This document shows positions 17,064 to 26,740 of a DNA stretch of 48,583 nucleotides, piece by piece. The position numbers and the translations under genes were made by a program. The first letter of the stretch is position 1, and each line of letters opens with the position of its first letter. The notes beneath the pieces were generated by a model. That model was not told where the DNA came from and made no database searches. It saw only the letters and a list, made by a program, of their open reading frames with translations. The DNA comes from a virus (Duplodnaviria > Caudoviricetes), in IMG/VR virus record IMGVR_UViG_3300033067_001633, positions 1-48,583 of that record; one strand, 5' to 3'.

Positions 17064-18149
17064 ATGAAACCGACAAAAATCAAAAATAAAGATGGATCGT
17101 TCTCTTATAGAATCTATGTTAGCGTAACCATTGATGGTAAACAAATCAGAGAAAATAAGCGCTTTTCAACGCGGCAACTCGCTATTGATTGGGCGCAAAA
17201 ACGCCAAGCAGAAATTGAACATGAAAGCATTCATGGAAAAAAAAGTACACAGACGATTAAAAGCGTGATAACGGACTATATGGAAAAATTTTCCAGCAAT
17301 TATGGACGATCTAAAAATTATGACTTAGCCAGATTGCTGAATTATCCGATTGCGGAAATGTCAATTGATAAATTGTCCGTAAAAGCCATCATTGCCCATT
17401 GTATCGAGCGCAACAAAGAAGCGAAACCGCAAACTGTGCAAAATGACGTGATCTGGCTAAGAACTGTGCTGAGAACAATGAGCGCCGTGAATGGGTTTCA
17501 TTTTGACGGCTCGGTGTTTGATTCGGCGATGGTGGTTTTGCGGCAGGAAAAACTGGTCGCACGCTCCACAGAGCGCAAGCGACTGCCCACGTTCATCGAA
17601 ATGCTCAAGATTTCGCGTTATTACAAGCATAAACGAGGCAAAATACCTATGTATGATTTGGTTTGGTTCGCGTACTTTTCCGCGCGTCGATTATCCGAAA
17701 TTACCCGACTGGAATGGCGAGACAATAATGACGAACGCATGACCGGCATGGTGCGCGATGCGAAACACCCACGCGAAAAAACGGGTAATCATAAACGTTT
17801 TAAGTATGACAAACGCGCCTGGCGAATCGTTCAGCAACAACCTAAGATGAAATCTTTAATATTCCCTTACAACGCTCAATCGATTGGCACTAATTTTGAA
17901 CGCATGTGTAAGCTGTTAGGTATTGTCGATTTGCATTTTCATGACCTGAGACATGCCGCCACTAGTCGACTATTTAGACTGGGGTACAACATTTTAGTCA
18001 CTGTCGAGCAAAGCCACGCGCTCATCCAGGCGCTAGATCCCGATTGCGCCGTAATGGATGAGGCCAAATGGGTGCTGTACATGACCCAAGAGCGCGGCTA
18101 TGTGGTGATCAAAAAAGCGGATTTGCTGAAAAAATTGCAGGATTTGTAA
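17064..18149 (+). CDS. int: Tyrosine integrase (DusA-associated type) lacking its catalytic C-terminus; foreign tail after 17993
   Basis: KDGSFSY N-terminus, SARRLSEI, KHP, FHDLRHAATSRLF; no H...RYTH in this ORF. Confidence 0.88.
   Translation: MKPTKIKNKDGSFSYRIYVSVTIDGKQIRENKRFSTRQLAIDWAQKRQAEIEHESIHGKKSTQTIKSVITDYMEKFSSNYGRSKNYDLARLLNYPIAEMSIDKLSVKAIIAHCIERNKEAKPQTVQNDVIWLRTVLRTMSAVNGFHFDGSVFDSAMVVLRQEKLVARSTERKRLPTFIEMLKISRYYKHKRGKIPMYDLVWFAYFSARRLSEITRLEWRDNNDERMTGMVRDAKHPREKTGNHKRFKYDKRAWRIVQQQPKMKSLIFPYNAQSIGTNFERMCKLLGIVDLHFHDLRHAATSRLFRLGYNILVTVEQSHALIQALDPDCAVMDEAKWVLYMTQERGYVVIKKADLLKKLQDL
17974..17993 (+). repeat. 20-bp inverted repeat, left copy (TTAGACTGGGGTACAACATT)
   Basis: Perfect reverse complement at 41997-42016. 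Confidence 0.95.
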
Positions 18150-18153
18150 GTCA

Positions 18154-18223
18154 TGTAGGGCACGCTCAGCGTACCCTACACAGCTAATGATTAACAAAAT
18201 AGGGTATGTCATATACCCTATTT
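18154..18223. repeat. Two REP-like palindromes
   Basis: TGTAGGGCACGC-TCA-GCGTACCCTACA (18154-18180) and AAATAGGGTAT-N5-ATACCCTATTT (18197-18223). Confidence 0.6.
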
Positions 18224-18274
18224 AATTTACCCCCATTTACCCTATTTAATCCGCATTATTAACCCCTGAAAATA

Positions 18275-18300
18275 GTCTCAAACTTGACTATTTTTGAGAC
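18275..18300 (+). promoter_or_regulatory. Dyad upstream of the head operon, putative Mor-type late activator site
   Basis: GTCTCAAA-N10-TTTGAGAC just before the first head gene. Confidence 0.5.
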
Positions 18301-18323
18301 AAGAAAAGGCTCATGATTTGTCC

Positions 18324-18536
18324 ATGAGCTTTTATACCGACATGTTACAGAAAGCGCAGGCCGCTTACGAGCAAGCCTTGACGCATCGACTCACGCAATT
18401 TGGCGATAAACGGCATGAAAACCATGCCATCGAACAATTGCGCGGCGAAGTTTTGTACTGGGAAAAGCGTGTAGCAGCAGAAACTGCCGCCGCAACAGGC
18501 ACATCCTCTTATAAGCCGATCCAGGTCGTGCTATGA
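18324..18536 (+). CDS. Head-tail joining protein (gpW-like)
   Basis: Size and position overlapping the portal start (ATGA). Confidence 0.7.
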   Translation: MSFYTDMLQKAQAAYEQALTHRLTQFGDKRHENHAIEQLRGEVLYWEKRVAAETAAATGTSSYKPIQVVL

Positions 18537-20107
18537 CCGCTAACGTTGCCGCTTCCTATCAAGATGCGAAAATCGGTGCGTGGATACCGTCGCCAGGGTC
18601 CGCCGATGCCGATTTGCTGCAAGAACAGCGCATCATCTATTCCCGCGCGCGCGATTTGGTGCGCAACAATCCCATCGGCGCAGGCGCAACCCAAACGTTT
18701 GCCGACAACGTCATCGGCAGCCAGCTCCGCTTATCCTCGCAGCCGAAATACCGGCTATTAGGCTGGGAAAAGTCCCAAGCCTCCGAGTGGGCCAATCAAA
18801 CCGAAGACCAATTCGAAAGCTGGGCCAATACCACCGAATGCGATGCCGCACGTACCCAAACGCTCATGGATTTGAGTATCCAGGCGCTCAAGTCGGCCTT
18901 AGTCAATGGCGATGCCTTGGCCTTGGTGATGTGGTTGCCGCGCAAAGAGGCGCAATGGTCAACCCGTTTGCAAATGGTCGAAGCGGACCGCTTAGCTACG
19001 CCGCCGCATTTGATCAACAGCAAATACTTGCGGGGCGGGGTCGAGATCGATGATTACGGCGCACCGGTGGCGTACTGGATCAATCGCAACCATCCCGGCG
19101 ACATGTTTGGCAATATCGTCAATAATCCGCTCGATTTCGTTCGGGTACCGGCGTTTACCCCGTGGGGGCGTCGGCGCGTCATTCATTTATACGACAAAGA
19201 ACGCTCCGGACAATCGCGCGGCAAGTCCATTTTTGCAGCAGTCATGCGTGAATTCAAAGTCGCCGGTGACTATTTAGGCCATGAGCTCCACGCGGCAGCC
19301 AGCAATGCCATGATTGCCGCCTTCTTAGAGTCTGACTTGCCGTCGGAATCGGTCGCAGAATTATTCGGTACCGATACCAGCGAAGGCGGCTACTGGAAAG
19401 GCGTCTCCGATAAATTCAACCGCAAAAAGCTCGAAAGCGGCATGATGCTGACCTTGCCGGTGGGCACCAAGCTTTCAGGCTACAACCCGAACCGCCCCAA
19501 TACCGCGTTCGATGGCTTCATGGAATCGGTGATGCGTCATATCGCCGCCGGTCTGAACATGCCTTACGAGCTGCTGTTAAAAGATTTCAGCAAAACCAAT
19601 TATTCCAGCGCCCGCGCAGCCTTATTGGAAGCGTGGCGTTTTTTCCAAAGCAAGCGCGCCTGGTTAAAAAACCTTTGGCTCGATCCGATCTACGCGTGCT
19701 GGATCGAAGAAGCGGTCAATACCGATAAAATCCAAGCGCCCGATTATTACGCCAACCGTCACGCCTATCACGGCTGCCGCTGGGTATTCTCGGGCCGTGG
19801 ATGGGTCGATCCGGTCAAAGAAGCCAAAGCCGCGCAAATGCGCATGGATATGGGCCTGTCGACGCAAGAAGCCGAATGCGCCGAGCAAGGCACCGATTGG
19901 GAAGATGTCCAAGACCAACGGATCCGCGAATTGAGCCGCGCGATTAAGCACTGTCAACAAGCCGGATTGCCGGAAAGCGCTGCCTACATCATTGCCGGTT
20001 TCGACCTGTCCGGAAACCCCTCGGATATTTCCGCCTATTACAACGAGCCCGATAACGCGCCGGGCAATGACGCAACTCAACAGGAACAAGCCAATGCCGA
20101 TGCGTAA
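18533..20107 (+). CDS. Portal protein, lambda family
   Basis: RARDLVRNN, NYSSARAALLE, GWVDPVKE. Confidence 0.96.
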   Translation: MTANVAASYQDAKIGAWIPSPGSADADLLQEQRIIYSRARDLVRNNPIGAGATQTFADNVIGSQLRLSSQPKYRLLGWEKSQASEWANQTEDQFESWANTTECDAARTQTLMDLSIQALKSALVNGDALALVMWLPRKEAQWSTRLQMVEADRLATPPHLINSKYLRGGVEIDDYGAPVAYWINRNHPGDMFGNIVNNPLDFVRVPAFTPWGRRRVIHLYDKERSGQSRGKSIFAAVMREFKVAGDYLGHELHAAASNAMIAAFLESDLPSESVAELFGTDTSEGGYWKGVSDKFNRKKLESGMMLTLPVGTKLSGYNPNRPNTAFDGFMESVMRHIAAGLNMPYELLLKDFSKTNYSSARAALLEAWRFFQSKRAWLKNLWLDPIYACWIEEAVNTDKIQAPDYYANRHAYHGCRWVFSGRGWVDPVKEAKAAQMRMDMGLSTQEAECAEQGTDWEDVQDQRIRELSRAIKHCQQAGLPESAAYIIAGFDLSGNPSDISAYYNEPDNAPGNDATQQEQANADA

Positions 20108-21353
20108 CCCCGCCGTATTTGCCCGCATTTTCAATACGCCGCTGATGATTCAATCGATGAAACTCGATGCCATCATTGCTGGATTAGGGCCGCGCTTTGG
20201 CTTGGAGTTACCCAAGACTGACATGGTCTTGACCGCATCCGGCGAATGGAAACGCCCCGGTTATCAAGTCATCGGCACTATCGCCGTTATCGACATTTTC
20301 GGCGTATTAGCGCATCGCATGTCCTTTGACGGCAATACCAGCGAATATATTTTAGGCTATGACGTGATTGCCAAACGCCTGGACGCGGCATTAAACGATG
20401 CAGCAGTGACTGGCATTTTATTACAGATCGATTCGCCCGGCGGCGAAGTGGCGGGCTGTTTCGAACTGGCGCAACTGATTCATGATGCGCAAGCGCAAAA
20501 GCCTATCCATTGCGTCATCAGTAGCTTGGCGGCCTCGGCAGCCTATTTACTGGCTTCGGCGTGTGCCGTCATCGGCATTTCCGATACTGGCATGGCGGGG
20601 TCAATCGGCGTGGTCATGCGCCATGTCGATGTCTCGCAAATGGCCGAAAAAGAGGGCATCAAAGTCACGCACATTTTCGCCGGCGCGCAAAAGATCGACG
20701 GCAATCAATTCGAGCCGTTGAGCAAAGCCGTCAAAGCCAAATTTCAAGACAACATCGACGCGCTGTACGAGCAATTTATCAGCGCCGTCAGCAGTAATCG
20801 CGGGCTGAGTGCTCCGGCTGTTCGGGGTCAGGAAGCGGGCATTTATACCGGAACAGCAGCAATACAAGCAGGCTTGGCAGATCGTATCGCCACGCCGGAT
20901 CAAATGCTCGCAGCAATGCAGCAACAATTTAAATCCATACCAAGAGGATCAACCATGGCAGCAACGACTGAAGCCGTATCCGAAAACGATACCGCGATCA
21001 TCAAAGCGAAGGCCGAAGCGTTTGAAGCCGGAAAGCGCGAAGGCGCCTCGGCAGAACGCCAACGCATGAGCGCAATTTTAAATCACGACACCGCAATCGG
21101 CAGAGAGGCGCAGGCGAAAGCCTTGGCGCTGGATACCGATTTAGCGCCGGATGTCGCCGCGAAAGTATTGGCAGCAAGCCCAATCAGCGCCGCATCGGCA
21201 CAACCGGTCTCGCAATTTGGCGAGCATATGACGAAGCTGGGGAATCCAACCGTCGGCGCGGATCAAAGCGACGCTGATGTGCAAGCGCAGGCCGATAATT
21301 ATGGCTGGGACAAAGCCTTTGCCAAAGTAACGCCCATTAGAGGTAACAAATAA
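20094..21353 (+). CDS. S49 head maturation protease/scaffold (gpC-like)
   Basis: IDSPGGEV, AASAAY, GSIGV; C-terminal scaffold-like region. Confidence 0.93.
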   Translation: MPMRNPAVFARIFNTPLMIQSMKLDAIIAGLGPRFGLELPKTDMVLTASGEWKRPGYQVIGTIAVIDIFGVLAHRMSFDGNTSEYILGYDVIAKRLDAALNDAAVTGILLQIDSPGGEVAGCFELAQLIHDAQAQKPIHCVISSLAASAAYLLASACAVIGISDTGMAGSIGVVMRHVDVSQMAEKEGIKVTHIFAGAQKIDGNQFEPLSKAVKAKFQDNIDALYEQFISAVSSNRGLSAPAVRGQEAGIYTGTAAIQAGLADRIATPDQMLAAMQQQFKSIPRGSTMAATTEAVSENDTAIIKAKAEAFEAGKREGASAERQRMSAILNHDTAIGREAQAKALALDTDLAPDVAAKVLAASPISAASAQPVSQFGEHMTKLGNPTVGADQSDADVQAQADNYGWDKAFAKVTPIRGNK

Positions 21354-21994
21354 TGACTCTTTTAACAGAAGGCAAAAACCCAGGAGAGTTCATTGTCTCC
21401 GAACAGGAATCGCTATTAAGCCGTGATGTGATTATCGTCAAATCCGGTCAAAATCTGGTAGCCGGTGCGGTACTTGGCATGTTGATTACCGCCACTGCGA
21501 CAGCAGCAGCGGGCACTAATACCGGTAACGGTGTAATGGGCGCGATTACGTGCAGTGCAGGTGTAATAGAAGGTAAGTATGTTCTCAAGATCACCAAAGT
21601 AGCGGCCAATGCCGGGGATTTTGAATTAGTCGATCCTGAAGGCGATGTCGTGGGTATTGGCACAGTAGGCGCACCCTTTAATTTAAATGGCTTGGCGTTC
21701 ACCTTGGCCGATGGTGCTGTGGATTTCGCGCTGAACGACACTTTTACCATTACCGTGGTCGAATCTTCGCGTAAATATGTCGCGCATGCGCCATCCGCTA
21801 CAGACGGCAGCCAACACGCCGTCGCGGTTTTATTTGCGGGGGTCGATGCGACAGCGGCAGATAAAACCGGCGTAGCCATTGCCCGTGTGGCGGAAGTCAA
21901 CGGCAATGAAATCACCTGGGCGAGCGGTATCAGTGCCAACGATAAAGCGTTGGGCATTAAATCGTTAGCTAAACGCAACATTATCGTTCGCTAA
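21353..21994 (+). CDS. Head decoration protein
   Basis: SRD...GQNLVAGAVLG, DGSQ.AVAVL; between protease and capsid. Confidence 0.85.
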   Translation: MTLLTEGKNPGEFIVSEQESLLSRDVIIVKSGQNLVAGAVLGMLITATATAAAGTNTGNGVMGAITCSAGVIEGKYVLKITKVAANAGDFELVDPEGDVVGIGTVGAPFNLNGLAFTLADGAVDFALNDTFTITVVESSRKYVAHAPSATDGSQHAVAVLFAGVDATAADKTGVAIARVAEVNGNEITWASGISANDKALGIKSLAKRNIIVR

Positions 21995-22008
21995 GGAGCA
22001 ACAAACAC

Positions 22009-23031
22009 ATGGCTACATTAGATATTTTTAAACAGAACGCGTTTTCGCTGATTAGTCTATTACAAGCTTTCGAAAGATTGCCGTATGTGCCGCAGCGAAT
22101 GAACGAACTTAACGTGTTTACGCCCAATCCGGTACGCACCGAAACGGTTGCCATCGAAAATAGGGATGGCGTGTTAAGTTTAATTAAAACGTCTAATCGC
22201 GGAGCGCCGCTAGAGCAGCGCACCAATGAAAAGCGCAATATTCGTGATTTTAGAACGCTGCGCATCGCTAAAGCGGATCGAATTACCGCAGCCGAATTAG
22301 CGTTTATTCGGGCGTTTGGATCAGAATCCGAATTAATGCAAGTGCAGGCTGAAATTGCCCGGCGGCTATCGGGGCCGGTTGGGTTATCGAATGCTGTTGA
22401 ATTGACTTTAGAATATATGCGTCTAGGTGCAATTCAAGGCATTGTCTACGATGCGGATGGTAGCGTCATTCGAGATTGGTTTGATGAATTCGACATCACG
22501 CCAGCGGCTGAAATCAACTTCGATCTTGGTAACGCGGCTTCAAAAATCCGCACCAAATGCAATCAAGTGGTTCGTGCCATGATGCGTGCAGCAAAGGGCG
22601 CATGGACACCCGCTACGCGTGTATATTGCTTATGTGGAGATCAATTCTGGGATGCATTGACTAGCAATGATGAAGTGCGTTCGACCTATTTAAACACTAT
22701 GGAAGCGCCTAAATTACGTGATGGCAATGTCTTTGAAACCTTCAATTTTGGCGGAATCACCTTTGAGAACTATCGTGGCACCGACGATGGTACGACTGTA
22801 GGTATTGCAACTGATAAAGCCAAGTTTTTCCCGGTTAATGCGCCAGGAGCCTTCTTAGAAGTCTTTAGCCCGGGTGAAACATTCGCACATATTGGCCAAT
22901 TAGGCCAGCGTATTTATCCGATGATTATTCCTGACGATGAGCGCCAAATGTATGCGGATATCGAAGCCTACAGCTATCCATTGCATGTCTGTACGCGTCC
23001 GGAAATGCTGCAAAGCGGCAGAGCGGCGTAA
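22009..23031 (+). CDS. Major capsid protein (gpE family)
   Basis: EYMRLGAIQG, FGGITFENY, SYPLHVCTRP. Confidence 0.93.
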   Translation: MATLDIFKQNAFSLISLLQAFERLPYVPQRMNELNVFTPNPVRTETVAIENRDGVLSLIKTSNRGAPLEQRTNEKRNIRDFRTLRIAKADRITAAELAFIRAFGSESELMQVQAEIARRLSGPVGLSNAVELTLEYMRLGAIQGIVYDADGSVIRDWFDEFDITPAAEINFDLGNAASKIRTKCNQVVRAMMRAAKGAWTPATRVYCLCGDQFWDALTSNDEVRSTYLNTMEAPKLRDGNVFETFNFGGITFENYRGTDDGTTVGIATDKAKFFPVNAPGAFLEVFSPGETFAHIGQLGQRIYPMIIPDDERQMYADIEAYSYPLHVCTRPEMLQSGRAA

Positions 23032-23066
23032 CGTAACAGCTTTCCACGATAACAAGCGGCTATTGC

Positions 23067-23378
23067 ATGCAAAATGACCCATTTAGCTACTCGCTGGTCA
23101 CGTATTTTTGGGTATTTAGTCTATCGATATGGGGCGGGATAGTGAATTATTTACGCAAAGTCAACACCGGAGCCATAGCGCGTTACAGTCTAGTTGAAGT
23201 TATAGGCGAGCTGGTCATTAGCGGGTTCTGCGGGGTGATGACATTTTATCTGTGCGAAGCCAGTGACTTTGAGGGCACATTGACTGCCGCGCTCGTTGGG
23301 ATTTCGGGACATATGGGTTCGCGCGGCATCTTTATGATCGAAAATTATATTCAACGAAAATTCGATAATGCGTCATGA
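23067..23378 (+). CDS. Phage holin family protein
   Basis: WGGIVNY...GELVISGFCG...GISGHMG, three TM segments. Confidence 0.82.
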   Translation: MQNDPFSYSLVTYFWVFSLSIWGGIVNYLRKVNTGAIARYSLVEVIGELVISGFCGVMTFYLCEASDFEGTLTAALVGISGHMGSRGIFMIENYIQRKFDNAS

Positions 23379-23394
23379 ATATTGAGGTTTAGCG

Positions 23395-24147
23395 ATGTTC
23401 AATTTGCAACTCGATGCTAATAATGTCTTCTCTGCGCTGTCCCATATGCCAGAACAGATCCCATTTGCAGCCGCATTGGCGTTAACCAGAACTGCCCAAA
23501 AGGTAAAGCGGGATTTGCAGACGGCCATGCCCGTGGCATTTAAAAACCCGACACCCTATACCTTGCGCGGGGTATCACTGGATCCGGCAACTAAGCGCAA
23601 ATTAGAGGCGATAGTTTGGCTTAAAGGCGATGGCATGTATGAGCCAAGCAATGAATCCTTGCCACAAGCCAAATACTTGCGTCCTGGAATATTTGGCGGG
23701 CCACGGCATGCCAAATCGAATGAGCTGGATATGCGCCGTGCGGGCTTTCTTTCCGGCGATATGTTTACCGCTCCGGCATATGAGTTCAAAGGCAAGCTGG
23801 ATAAATACGGCAATATTCCCGGGCCGACAATTTTGCAAATGATTACGAGTCTGGGCATACAACAAGAGCGTCCGGGGTGGCGGCAAAACAGCACTCGGGA
23901 GTCGCGCGCCCGAAATTCCAGGAGACGTTTGGATTATTTTGTCATGCGCAGAAATAATAAAGATGTGGGCATTTTTAGGCGTAAACCCGACTCAGATGAT
24001 GCGGAAACTATGTTGTGGTTTATTAAAGCGCCGGTATACAAAAAACGCTTTGATTTTTTTGGTATTGCGAATAAAGCCGTTCATGAGAATTTAATGCCGG
24101 AAATACAAAGCGCGATGCAAGTCGCACTCGCAACGGCAAGAGTCTAG
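23395..24147 (+). CDS. Neck/minor tail protein (gpZ-like)
   Basis: QIPFAAALALTRTA...PTPYT...YKKRFDF motif. Confidence 0.7.
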   Translation: MFNLQLDANNVFSALSHMPEQIPFAAALALTRTAQKVKRDLQTAMPVAFKNPTPYTLRGVSLDPATKRKLEAIVWLKGDGMYEPSNESLPQAKYLRPGIFGGPRHAKSNELDMRRAGFLSGDMFTAPAYEFKGKLDKYGNIPGPTILQMITSLGIQQERPGWRQNSTRESRARNSRRRLDYFVMRRNNKDVGIFRRKPDSDDAETMLWFIKAPVYKKRFDFFGIANKAVHENLMPEIQSAMQVALATARV

Positions 24148-24150
24148 TTC

Positions 24151-24441
24151 ATGGCGTGGATTGATTTAGAAACCAATGTCAATGCCGAAGTTATGAGCAT
24201 TTTCGCAGAGAATATAATTTTGCATTTATTCGAAGGCGACACAGCGACCAATGGCATTTATACCGAAGCGGTGACCGAGGACATGGGGATTTTGCGCACC
24301 GATTATTACGTCGATCTGTTGCCGGACGATGCTGCATTGCTCAAAAAAGGGGATCAATTAACCATTCGCTCAATGCTATTCGAAATGGTTAAATCCACGC
24401 CGAATAACGGTCTTGAGCATCTGGAGTTACGCCGCTTATGA
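24151..24441 (+). CDS. Head-tail joining protein (gpFII-like)
   Basis: Size, position, KGDQLTI motif. Confidence 0.6.
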   Translation: MAWIDLETNVNAEVMSIFAENIILHLFEGDTATNGIYTEAVTEDMGILRTDYYVDLLPDDAALLKKGDQLTIRSMLFEMVKSTPNNGLEHLELRRL

Positions 24442-24878
24442 GCACCTTGCGCCAATTGGTGAAAGATCGGATTAGCTTATCTGACCTGGGTTATAACCTG
24501 GCGATGGTCGGTGGTGCGGCGAATTTGGCGGAAGTGCTGGAAGGGTCGGCTCGCGGGCAGGGTTTACCAGCAGTATTTGTGTGGTGCCAGGAACTGAAAG
24601 CCAAAGAAAACACTTTGATTAATGCCCATAGTCAGGAACTGATGGAGACCTTGGTCGTGGCGATCATGGTCAACAACAATGTAGGCGAGCAACAAGGCGA
24701 TAGTTCCGATGCTGCCGAGGCGATCAGGGTCGGGATTAGAGCGTTGATTGCTGGCTGGATTCCGAACGAATCGATTAATGCCTTCGATTATATCGGTGGG
24801 AAATTAGTAACGATGGAAAACGGCATCTACTATTGGATCGATCACTATGTCACTTCGTATTATTTTAGAACTGTATAG
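24438..24878 (+). CDS. Tail terminator protein
   Basis: PAVFV, ALIAGWIP; precedes the tail tube. Confidence 0.72.
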   Translation: MSTLRQLVKDRISLSDLGYNLAMVGGAANLAEVLEGSARGQGLPAVFVWCQELKAKENTLINAHSQELMETLVVAIMVNNNVGEQQGDSSDAAEAIRVGIRALIAGWIPNESINAFDYIGGKLVTMENGIYYWIDHYVTSYYFRTV

Positions 24879-24886
24879 GTACGGCA

Positions 24887-25054
24887 ATGTTAGATAAATA
24901 TGCAGGAGAGTCGGGCACGTTTTATACCGATCCTGAAACGGGAACGCGAATGACTGAACAAGAGTGGCTTAGCAAACAAGCCAAAAAACAAATGGACCGT
25001 AAAGATGAAAAAACCGACGCTACTGCTGCACGAATCATTGATTCGGCTGGCTAA
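24887..25054 (+). CDS. Small hypothetical protein (55 aa)
   Basis: MLDKYAGESGTFYTDPETGTR, AGGT RBS; translated by hand. Confidence 0.55.
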   Translation: MLDKYAGESGTFYTDPETGTRMTEQEWLSKQAKKQMDRKDEKTDATAARIIDSAG

Positions 25055-25106
25055 AGGCATGATATCAGCCTGGGAAAAATGGCTGAAAGAACAAAACGAA
25101 CTTTAA
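25005..25106 (+). CDS. Small overlapping peptide (33 aa)
   Basis: MKKPTLLLHESLIRLAKGMISAWEKWLKEQNEL, amphipathic helix. Confidence 0.45.
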   Translation: MKKPTLLLHESLIRLAKGMISAWEKWLKEQNEL

Positions 25107-25185
25107 TTTAAACAACCGGCGCGCAGCTTGTAACTCGTAAGACGCACAAGCATATAGGCAACCCTGCTCACACAGAGGACTACCT

Positions 25186-26358
25186 ATGTTATCAATGCGC
25201 AAGCGGGTTATTTTAGCAAAACTCGAAAGCACCTATGGGACAGATTCGACACCGGCGGCTGCCGATGCGATTTTGTGCAGCAATCTACAGTTATCGCCAC
25301 TGGAAGGAAGCGATGTCAAGCGAGATTTTATCCGGCCTTTTTTCGGGAATCCTGGATCAATCCGGGTCGAAAACTATGCCAAATTAACGTTTGATCACGA
25401 ACTAGCAGGATCAGGCGCGGCGGGTACCGTTCCAGAATTTTCGTCGTTATTAAAAGCGGCAAACTTTTCCGAAACTATCACCGCGGCAGCGATTACCGGC
25501 ACAGCGCAAACCGGCTCAACTACCAGCACCATCAAACTGGCAGCAGCCGCATCGGCGGTTGATGATTTTTATACCGGGATGTCGATCACCATTACCAGCG
25601 GTACTGGCTCTGGTCAAACCCGGGAAGTCATTGGTTATGTCGGCTCGACCAAAGTTTGCACCCTTGCAACCAACTGGGTAACAACACCCGATGTAACCAG
25701 TCTGTATAGTTTAGGTGCAAACGTCATCTATACCCCTAACAGTGCATTCGGCACTGCCTCGAATTCCTCAGTAACGATCTATTTTAATATCGATGGCACG
25801 CGCCATGTATTGCTGGGTGCCAGAGGCAATTTCAAGTTGGACGTATCCGTTAAGCAGATTCCCAAGATGTCATGGGAATTCACCGGCTTATTGGGCACGA
25901 TTTCCGATGTTGCGTTACCGTCGGCCGATTTTGCCGGATGGCAGACGCCGGTTACCGTATCAACCGCAAATACCACCGATATCAATCTATTAGGTTATAC
26001 CGGCGCAGTATTCGAAAAATTGATGGTCGATATCGGCAACTCGATTGTCTATCGCCAGCTTGTAGGCGCTGAATCGGTATTGATTACCGACAGAAATATT
26101 GCCGCAGACTTTACTATTGAGGCCGTTAGTGTAGCCACGAAAGACTGGTGGACATCGGCAAAGAACTCTGCAACCGGCGCGTTTTGCATCAAGCACGGTC
26201 AAACCGCAGGCAATATCGTCGGCTTGACCGCGCCGAAAGTCCAGATTGCAACGCCGAATTATTCCGATTCAGATGGCGTGGCGATGTTTAGCGGCAAGCT
26301 GAACATGACGCCGTCCGCTGCAGCGGGTAATGATGAATTAAGAATTTGTTTTAAATAA
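25186..26358 (+). CDS. Major tail tube protein with inserted beta-rich domain
   Basis: ILAKLESTYGTD, ELAGSGAAG, HGQTAGNIV, GNDEL. Confidence 0.88.
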   Translation: MLSMRKRVILAKLESTYGTDSTPAAADAILCSNLQLSPLEGSDVKRDFIRPFFGNPGSIRVENYAKLTFDHELAGSGAAGTVPEFSSLLKAANFSETITAAAITGTAQTGSTTSTIKLAAAASAVDDFYTGMSITITSGTGSGQTREVIGYVGSTKVCTLATNWVTTPDVTSLYSLGANVIYTPNSAFGTASNSSVTIYFNIDGTRHVLLGARGNFKLDVSVKQIPKMSWEFTGLLGTISDVALPSADFAGWQTPVTVSTANTTDINLLGYTGAVFEKLMVDIGNSIVYRQLVGAESVLITDRNIAADFTIEAVSVATKDWWTSAKNSATGAFCIKHGQTAGNIVGLTAPKVQIATPNYSDSDGVAMFSGKLNMTPSAAAGNDELRICFK

Positions 26359-26374
26359 AAAGGTAGGTATATCA

Positions 26375-26740
26375 ATGAGTTATGCGTTAAGAAAAGGAAG
26401 TAAAAGTTCTCGCGTAGTCACGGTAAAAGTTCCTGAATACGGCGACAACGACCAACTGCTCGGTACGCTAGAGTTTAAGGCTGAGCTTGAAAAAACGCCG
26501 GTTGACCAATGGTCCAATGAAATTGAGGACGCCAAAATCGTTTCGGTTTTACGTTCCAAAATTAAAAACATTGAGGGCGTAAAAAATGAGGATGGCACAC
26601 CCGCGCCGTTCTCTGATGCATTAGTCGATGCGGTGTTAGATGATCAGGCAATCGTCAATATTATGTGGCAATTACTGTTAGTCGTGCAAACCGGCGAAAA
26701 AGAAAGTGCGCTGTACAAACAGCTTAAACTAAAAAACTAA
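26375..26740 (+). CDS. Tail assembly chaperone (gpG-like)
   Basis: Follows the tail tube; ends in slippery A AAA AAC. Confidence 0.8.
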   Translation: MSYALRKGSKSSRVVTVKVPEYGDNDQLLGTLEFKAELEKTPVDQWSNEIEDAKIVSVLRSKIKNIEGVKNEDGTPAPFSDALVDAVLDDQAIVNIMWQLLLVVQTGEKESALYKQLKLKN

